Of a DNA stretch of 64,000 nucleotides, positions 57,768 to 64,000 are shown one piece after another. How positions within the stretch are numbered: the first letter of the stretch is position 1; every line of letters starts with the position of its first letter. Both the position numbers and the translations under genes were made by a program. Under the pieces are notes generated by a model. It was not told the DNA's origin, ran no database searches, and saw nothing but the letters and a program-made list of their open reading frames with translations. The stretch is from NCBI RefSeq assembly GCF_020850895.1, contig NZ_JADZDS010000010.1, positions 15,870 to 79,869 on the forward strand. Reading direction: 5' to 3'. The DNA comes from Thermomonas sp. (GTDB taxonomy: Bacteria; Pseudomonadota; Gammaproteobacteria; Xanthomonadales; Xanthomonadaceae).

Positions 57768-57864
57768 AGGCCCGGATTCGGCTCACACGAATCGATCACC
57801 TGCATGATTGATTCGTGGCCAGCCATCCTTGTTGTTACAAGCGTGGCTGGCGGGAATCCCTGAA
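57768..57864 (+). repeat. Two-hairpin interspersed repeat, copy B
   Basis: Same core as copy A, with extra self-complementary sequence in the loop of hairpin 2. Confidence 0.85.
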
Positions 57865-57893
57865 CGCGTCATCGATTCCCTAGCGAGGTGTGC

Positions 57894-59297
57894 GTGGCGA
57901 AGTTGCAAGCTGTCCTGTTGTCCGGCGGTTCCGGCACGCGGCTCTGGCCGCTGTCGCGCGAGGCCTACCCGAAGCAATTCCTGCCGCTGGCGGGGGATGC
58001 CACCATGCTGCAGGACACCTGGCAGCGGGTGGCGGCGATCGCCGACAGCGCGCCGATCGTGGTCGCCGGCGAGGAGCATCGCTTCCTGGTGGCCGAACAA
58101 CTGCGCCAGATCGGTGCGCCGGTGCCGTCCATCCTGCTTGAGCCCGTCGGTCGCAATACCGCCCCGGCGATCGCGGCGGCGGCGCTGCAGGCGATGGCCA
58201 GCGGCGAGGATCCGCTGTTGCTGGTACTGCCGTCCGATCATGTGGTGCGTGATCCCGAGGCCTTTCGCGCTGCCGTGCAGGCGGCCAGCCCTGCGGCGGA
58301 GGCTGGCGCACTGGTGACCTTCGGGATCGTGCCGAGCGCGCCGGAAACCGGCTTCGGCTACATCCAGGCAGGCGCTGGCGAGGGCGTGCGCAAGGTGCTG
58401 CGCTTCGTCGAGAAGCCCGACGCTGCCACCGCGCAACAGTATCTGGACGCCGGTGATTTCTTCTGGAACAGCGGCATGTTCCTGCTGCGCGCCTCGCGCT
58501 ACCTGGAGGAATTGCGACGCTTCCGGCCTGAGATCGCCGACGCGGTGCGCAAGGCCTTCGATGCGGCGGCCCGCGACGGTGATTTCATCCGTCTCGACAA
58601 GGCCGCGTTTGCCCAGTGCCCGTCCGACTCCATCGACTACGCGGTGATGGAAAACACCGACGCGGCGATGGTGCTGCCGGTGGACTTCGGCTGGAGCGAC
58701 GTCGGTTCGTGGTCGTCGCTGTGGGGCGTGAGCGCGCAGGACGCCAGCGGCAATGCCTGTCGCGGCGAAGTCATCGCGGTCGATAGCCGCAACAGCTATG
58801 CCTGGTCGCAGCGGATGGTCGCGCTGGTCGGCGTGGACGACATCGTGGTGGTGGAAACCGCCGATGCGGTGTTGGTGGCGCGCAAGGATCGGGTCCAGCA
58901 GGTCAAGGACGTGGTGGCGCAGCTGAAGGCGCAGCAACGCTCGCAGGCGGTGTTGCACCGCGAAGTCCATCGTCCCTGGGGCAGTTACGACTCGGTCGAT
59001 GTCGGCAGTTGTTTCCAGGTCAAGCGGATCAAGGTCAAGCCCGGTGCGCGGCTGTCCCTGCAGTCGCATCGGCATCGCGCCGAGCACTGGGTGGTGGTCA
59101 GCGGCACCGCGCGGGTGACCCGCAACGATGAGGTCTTCGACCTGTGCGCCAACCAGTCGGCCTATATCCCGATCGGGGCCACCCACCGGCTGGAGAATCC
59201 CGGCCACGAGGTGCTGGAACTGATCGAAGTGCAGTCCGGCGATTACCTGGGCGAAGACGACATCGTCCGTTACGAAGACCAGTACGGGCGCGCTTGA
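57894..59297 (+). CDS. xanB: Mannose-1-phosphate guanylyltransferase / mannose-6-phosphate isomerase
   Basis: GGSGTRLWPLSR..PKQF, FVEKP, SIDYAVME; C-terminal cupin RPWG..HRAEHW. Confidence 0.94.
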   Translation: MAKLQAVLLSGGSGTRLWPLSREAYPKQFLPLAGDATMLQDTWQRVAAIADSAPIVVAGEEHRFLVAEQLRQIGAPVPSILLEPVGRNTAPAIAAAALQAMASGEDPLLLVLPSDHVVRDPEAFRAAVQAASPAAEAGALVTFGIVPSAPETGFGYIQAGAGEGVRKVLRFVEKPDAATAQQYLDAGDFFWNSGMFLLRASRYLEELRRFRPEIADAVRKAFDAAARDGDFIRLDKAAFAQCPSDSIDYAVMENTDAAMVLPVDFGWSDVGSWSSLWGVSAQDASGNACRGEVIAVDSRNSYAWSQRMVALVGVDDIVVVETADAVLVARKDRVQQVKDVVAQLKAQQRSQAVLHREVHRPWGSYDSVDVGSCFQVKRIKVKPGARLSLQSHRHRAEHWVVVSGTARVTRNDEVFDLCANQSAYIPIGATHRLENPGHEVLELIEVQSGDYLGEDDIVRYEDQYGRA

Positions 59298-59376
59298 GCG
59301 TTGCCATTCGTGGGTCATGGGCATGATGCGCCGGGCGCAGCGTGCCGCCGAATTTGATCTGGAGTCCAAGCAATCG

Positions 59377-59925
59377 ATGGAACGCAATCCCTACCTGCCG
59401 CCCGAGGCGGACGTCCACGACATCGCCCGCGGCGACTGCTGGCGTGAATCCGGCGGTACCGTCTACGTTGCGCGCGGCAGCGACCTGCCGCAGCGTTGCG
59501 TCAAATGCAACACGCTGCTGGTCCAGCGGCCGAAGCGCAAGACCTACTACTGGCATGCGTCCGGTTGGTACCTGCTGATCCTGCTGAACATCATCCTCTA
59601 TGCGATCGCCGCGATGATTGCGCGCAAGAAGATCGAGATTTCAGCGGGGCTGTGCGACCAACATCGCAAGCGCCGATGGCTCAAGGTGGGGTCCGCGCTG
59701 GGCCTGTTCGTCCTGATGTTCGTGGCTGGCGTGGTGATGTTCGGTGGCGAAACCTCGGGGATTTCGGTGGCCTGTTTCGCCGGCTCGGTGGTCGCCTTTG
59801 TGGCGGGCGTGATCTTCGCGCGGGTCATCTATCCGGTCGAAATCACCGAACGCGGTGGCCGCTTCAAGGGCTGCGGTCCGGAGTTCCTGGCTTCGCTGGC
59901 CGCGGTCACCCGCGGGAATCGCTGA
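59377..59925 (+). CDS. Hypothetical membrane protein with CxxC and CxxH motifs
   Basis: NPYxPP start, CVKC, hydrophobic stretch, CDQH, two further TMs. Confidence 0.7.
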   Translation: MERNPYLPPEADVHDIARGDCWRESGGTVYVARGSDLPQRCVKCNTLLVQRPKRKTYYWHASGWYLLILLNIILYAIAAMIARKKIEISAGLCDQHRKRRWLKVGSALGLFVLMFVAGVVMFGGETSGISVACFAGSVVAFVAGVIFARVIYPVEITERGGRFKGCGPEFLASLAAVTRGNR

Positions 59926-59959
59926 TGCGGAGTCGTTGATTCGGGGTCATGCAGCCCCT

Positions 59960-60030
59960 GGCTCACACGAATCAATCACTTGCGTGATCGATTCGTGGCC
60001 AGCCATCCTTGGCTGGCAGGAACCTCTGAA
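59960..60030 (+). repeat. Two-hairpin interspersed repeat, copy C
   Basis: cacgaatcaatcac-ttgc-gtgatcgattcgtg, gccagcca-tcct-tggctggc, aggaacctctgaa. Confidence 0.85.
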
Positions 60031-60119
60031 TTGTTCGGAGCTTCCCCAAATCCGACCTGAAGTCGCATCGGCAGCACCGGGCTGGCGTGGAACTTCCACA
60101 TGCCTCGGCCTGTCTGCGA

Positions 60120-60148
60120 TTGACTTGCGAATGCGAATCGATATTATT
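60120..60148 (+). promoter_or_regulatory. Putative sigma70 promoter with overlapping Fur-box-like site
   Basis: TTGACT-N16-TATTAT; AATGCGAATCGATATTATT at 60130-60148 shares AATGCGAAT with the 30622 site. Confidence 0.65.
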
Positions 60149-60231
60149 TGTGCGGCGCGCGGGATCGCGATAGGTTCGCCTCGCGATTGCCCGCTACCCA
60201 TGCAGGCTCTTGCCAATTCCAAGGAAATCGC

Positions 60232-62019
60232 GTGTCCTCCATCCGCCTTGTCCCAGTACGAGTGATCGCTGCCTTCGCCATGCTCTATGCCATGTTGCTG
60301 GCGTTGCCTGCCTTCGCTGCACAGTCTTCGACACCCGCGCAAACGGACCTGGGCGTGCTCGTGGTGACGTCGGATCGCGGCTTCCTCGGCAACGCCGAAA
60401 TCGGGGATGCCTTCGCGGCATTCGCGCAGGGCCGCAATGCCGAATTGCTGTATGTCACCGACGGCCGCAGCGAGGCCGTGCTGGATGCCAGGCTGAAGGC
60501 GTTGCGCGAGCGGGGCGCACGCGCGGTCGCCGTGCTGCCGCTGTTTGTCTCCACGCAGGAAGCCCGCTGGCAACTGGCCTAGGGCTGGTTGCAGGCGCGC
60601 AAGGCGCAGGGCCTGGCCTTGCTGATGGCCAAACCCTACGGCGCCTCCTATCTGGCGGTCGAGGACCTGTCGGCGCGGCTGCGCGATACGCACACCGATG
60701 CGCAGCGCCTGTTGTTGGTGGGGTATGGCGCCGGCAGTCCGGGCGCGGCGGAAACGATGCGTGCCGAACTGCGCCGGATGGGCGCGGTTGCCAGCACCCT
60801 GCCTGCCGATGCCATTGATGCGGTGGTGTATCCGGAGCGCGGTGCGCAGGAATCGGCGGTGTTGCGCAGCCGCTTCACCGATGCGGTCAAGGCGGCACAC
60901 GGTGCCGTGATCGTGCCGGTCGGGTTCACGCCGCGTGCCGACACGATGATGGATTTCAATGGGTGGTTCGCTTCCGATGTGCCCGCCGATGCCACCCTGG
61001 TGGCTTCACCGCAGGCAACCACTGATGCCTTGACGCAATGGATGCAACGGGCAGCGGCACAGGTCGCACTGCAGCAGGCAACAGTCGATCCTGCGCAATT
61101 CGGCGTGGTGGTGCTGACCCATGGCACGGACTGGTTCTGGAATGACGCCATTGAACAGGCGCTGGCGCCGCTGGCGTCCCGGCAGCCGATGGCATTTGCC
61201 TTTTCGATGGCTGATCCGCCAACGATCGAGCGTGCCGTGCGCGAGTTGGAACATGCGAATGCACGGGCGGTCGTGGTCGTGCGAGCCTTTGGCATGGCCG
61301 ATTCGTTCCGCAGCGACGTGGATCGAATGCTCGGACTCGATGTGGAAAGCGGTGCCGCGCCGCCGGCACACAGCGACCACGCGATGGGCGGGATGGCTGG
61401 AATGCACGGCATGGGCGGCATGGACATGGGACACCACGGCGCCAGTGCGGGCATTGCGGCGGCGCCGCGAATTCGTTCTGCGCTGCCGATGGTGACGGTG
61501 GGCGGTGTCGACGCTGACCCGCTGTTCGCCAGGGCGCTGCTGGCCAATGCCCGCAGCGTGTCCACCGCCCCGGTCAAGGAGACCATCATCCTGACCGCGC
61601 ATGGACAGGGCGATGACGCCGCCAACCAGCGTTGGCTGGACCTGCTGAACAGCTTGGCCAGCCAGATGCGCGCCATCGGCGGTGATCATTTCCGTGCCAT
61701 TCGCGTGGCTACCTGGCGTGAGGACTGGCCGGACAAGAACAAGATCGCCGTGGCCCAGGTGCGCGCGATGGTGGAAGAGGCCGGTCGTGATGGTGGCCGC
61801 GCCCTGATCGTGCCGGCCCGGATCAATGGGCGTGGCGCCGCCGACCGCTATCTGGCCGGGCTGGCGTTCGGCTGGGGCCAGGGCTTCGTGCAGACGCCAT
61901 ATTTTGCGCAGTGGGTCGAACAGGAAATCGGCAAGGGTGTTGATGCGTTGCACGCACCGGTGCCCGCCGTACCGGCGGCCGCCCCCGAAGACGAAGGCAA
62001 GCCGCATGCGCACCATTGA
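60232..62019 (+). pseudogene. Secreted CbiX/SirB-like chelatase-fold protein interrupted by an in-frame TAG at 60580-60582
   Basis: ORFs 60148-60582 and 60589-62019 share a frame; AAGGA RBS, GTG start, signal peptide; VLTHG and LTAHG motifs; His/Met loop. Confidence 0.7.
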
Positions 62020-62134
62020 CGGCGGCCAAGCTCAGGCGAGGCCACGCGCGGCGGAGTCAGTGGACGCGCAATACGCGTAGGTATGTCGTGGCCGTCGTGC
62101 TTACAATCGGACGTTTACCCGGTTGATGCCCGAC

Positions 62135-62650
62135 ATGATCCGCGCCTCCTCGTTTTCCCGCGAACAATTGCTTGCCAGTGCCCGTGGCGAACTGTTCCCG
62201 ACCAGCACCGCCCGTTTGCCCGCCGATCCAATGCTGATGTTCGATCGCATCGTCGAGATCAATGACGATGGTGGAAGCCATGGCAAGGGCTTCGTGCGCG
62301 CCGAGCTGGACATTCATCCGGACCTGTGGTTCTTCCAGTGCCACTTCCTGGGCGACCCGGTGATGCCAGGCTGTCTTGGGCTGGATGCGATGTGGCAGCT
62401 GGTCGGGTTCTACCTGACCTGGCTGGGCTCGCCCGGCCGCGGCCGCGCGCTGGGCTGCGGCGAGGTCAAGTTCACCGGCCAGGTGTTGCCCAGCGCCCGC
62501 AAGGTCAGCTATGAAATCGACATCACCCGCGTCATCAACCGCAAATTGGTGGTGGCCCAGGCCGATGCACGCACCTTGGTCGATGGCGAGGTGATCTATA
62601 CCGCCAAGGACCTGCGCGTGGGCTTGTTCGAATCGAGTTCGGGAGGTTGA
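62135..62650 (+). CDS. fabA: 3-hydroxydecanoyl-ACP dehydratase/isomerase
   Basis: MLMFDRI and [25 protein letters not shown] motifs. Confidence 0.97.
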   Translation: MIRASSFSREQLLASARGELFPTSTARLPADPMLMFDRIVEINDDGGSHGKGFVRAELDIHPDLWFFQCHFLGDPVMPGCLGLDAMWQLVGFYLTWLGSPGRGRALGCGEVKFTGQVLPSARKVSYEIDITRVINRKLVVAQADARTLVDGEVIYTAKDLRVGLFESSSGG

Positions 62651-62652
62651 TC

Positions 62653-63876
62653 ATGCGTCGCGTCGCCATCACCGGAATGGGCATCACCTCCTGCCTCGGC
62701 AATGACCTCGACAGCGTTTCCAATGCGCTCCGCGCGGGGCGTTCGGGGATTCGGCTGCTGCCCGAGGCGGTCGAGGCCGGCCTGCGCAGCCAGGTCGGCG
62801 GCGCGGTCGATCTTGACCTCGATGCGGTCGTCGACCGCAAGCTCAAGCGCTTCATGAGCGATGCCGCCGCCTACAGCTATGTGGCGATGCGGGATGCCAT
62901 CGCCGATGCCGGCTTGTCCGATGAGCAGGTCAGCGATCCGCGCACCGGCCTGATCGCCGGCTCGGGCGGCGGTTCCAGCCACTGGCAGGTGGAAACCGCC
63001 GATCTCCTGCGTGCACGCGGCGTGCGCAAGGTCGGCCCGTACATGGTGCCGCGCACGATGTGTTCGACCGTGTCGGCCAACCTCGCCACCGCGTTCAAGA
63101 TCCGCGGCCTGAGCTATTCGATCAGTGCCGCCTGTGCAACCTCCGCGCACTGCATCGGCGCGGCCGCCGACCTGATCCGCCACGGCGCCCAGGACATCAT
63201 GTTTGCCGGTGGTGGCGAAGACCTGCACTGGACCATGACGGTGATGTTCGACGCCATGGGTGCGCTCTCCACGGGCAGCAATGAAACCCCCGAAAAGGCC
63301 TCGCGCCCGTATGACGCCGGCCGCGATGGCTTCGTGATCGCCAGTGGCGGTGGCATCCTGGTACTGGAGGACTGGGACCACGCGGTCGCACGCGGCGCGC
63401 GCATCCATGCCGAACTGATCGGCTATGGCGTCACCAGCGATGGTGCCGACATGGTGGCGCCCAGTGGCGAGGGTGCGGTGCGTTGCATGCGCATGGCGCT
63501 GGAGGGCGTGGACCGTCCGGTCGATTACCTCAATACCCACGGCACCTCGACCCCACTGGGCGACATCACCGAGCTCAACGCCGTGCGCGAGGTGTTCGGT
63601 GACGCGGTGCCGCCGCTGTCCTCGACCAAGGCCCTGTCCGGCCATTCGCTGGGCGCGGCCAGCGTGCACGAGGCGATCTACTGCCTGCTGATGCTGCGTG
63701 ACGGCTTCATCGCCGGTTCGGCCAATATCGAGACCCTCGATCCGGGCGCGGAAGGCTTCCCGATCGCGCGGGAAAGCCGCGATGCCAAGCTCGACGTGGT
63801 GATGTCCAACAGCTTCGGCTTCGGCGGCACCAACGGCACCCTGGTGTTCGCACGGGCACGAATTGCTTCGCCTTGA
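62653..63876 (+). CDS. fabB: Beta-ketoacyl-ACP synthase I
   Basis: SAACATS, HGTST, GHSLGA and SFGFGGTN motifs; follows fabA. Confidence 0.96.
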   Translation: MRRVAITGMGITSCLGNDLDSVSNALRAGRSGIRLLPEAVEAGLRSQVGGAVDLDLDAVVDRKLKRFMSDAAAYSYVAMRDAIADAGLSDEQVSDPRTGLIAGSGGGSSHWQVETADLLRARGVRKVGPYMVPRTMCSTVSANLATAFKIRGLSYSISAACATSAHCIGAAADLIRHGAQDIMFAGGGEDLHWTMTVMFDAMGALSTGSNETPEKASRPYDAGRDGFVIASGGGILVLEDWDHAVARGARIHAELIGYGVTSDGADMVAPSGEGAVRCMRMALEGVDRPVDYLNTHGTSTPLGDITELNAVREVFGDAVPPLSSTKALSGHSLGAASVHEAIYCLLMLRDGFIAGSANIETLDPGAEGFPIARESRDAKLDVVMSNSFGFGGTNGTLVFARARIASP

Positions 63877-63896
63877 GGTCCACCCGGGGGCGGGAT

Positions 63897-64000
63897 TCAA
63901 GCCGCCGGGTCCGGGTTGGTTGCCACCAGGCGTTCGGCCAGTTCCACCGCTGCGTCGAAATTCGGCACCCGATGCACGCCAGCAACGTCATCGCCGACGT
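63897..64000 (-). CDS. 3' end of an unidentified gene
   Basis: Minus frame reads ...VGDDVAGVHRVPNFDAAVELAERLVATNPDPAA* and is open to the window edge. Confidence 0.45.
   Translation of the reverse strand, partial: VGDDVAGVHRVPNFDAAVELAERLVATNPDPAA

Noticed and set aside
60580..60640. Selenocysteine or pyrrolysine recoding
   Set aside because: Codon is TAG, not TGA; no sel or pyl genes in the window and no convincing downstream recoding hairpin

Overview
High-GC chromosomal window from a Xanthomonadaceae-like bacterium (Thermomonas/Lysobacter/Xanthomonas-type; taxon inferred from gene content and order). It is mostly housekeeping genes: the lysC-lysA fusion with murL-murD2, ispB, ssb, two NlpC/P60 genes, slyD, parE, pyrG-kdsA-eno-ftsB-ispD, ispF-truD-surE-pcm-yqaA-nlpD, purM-purN, hda, a complete ilv/leu supercluster with an unannotated leader-peptide attenuator, amgK-murU, xanB and fabA-fabB. 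Accessory or unusual features: (1) a Fur-boxed PepSY-TM/DUF2271/DUF4198/ApbE/diflavin-reductase operon splitting ispD from ispF; (2) a Fur-boxed, secreted protein with four CbiX-like repeats and a His/Met loop, interrupted by one in-frame TAG; (3) an orphan double-zinc-ribbon/TPM membrane protein with apparently inverted topology; (4) three copies of a two-hairpin repeat, plus possible remnants at both ends of the flavinylation operon; (5) REP-like palindromes and a heptamer repeat translated inside murL, ispF, truD and murD2. No rRNA, tRNA, CRISPR array, integrase or transposase was recognised. All product calls rest on motif recognition and gene order, not database searches.
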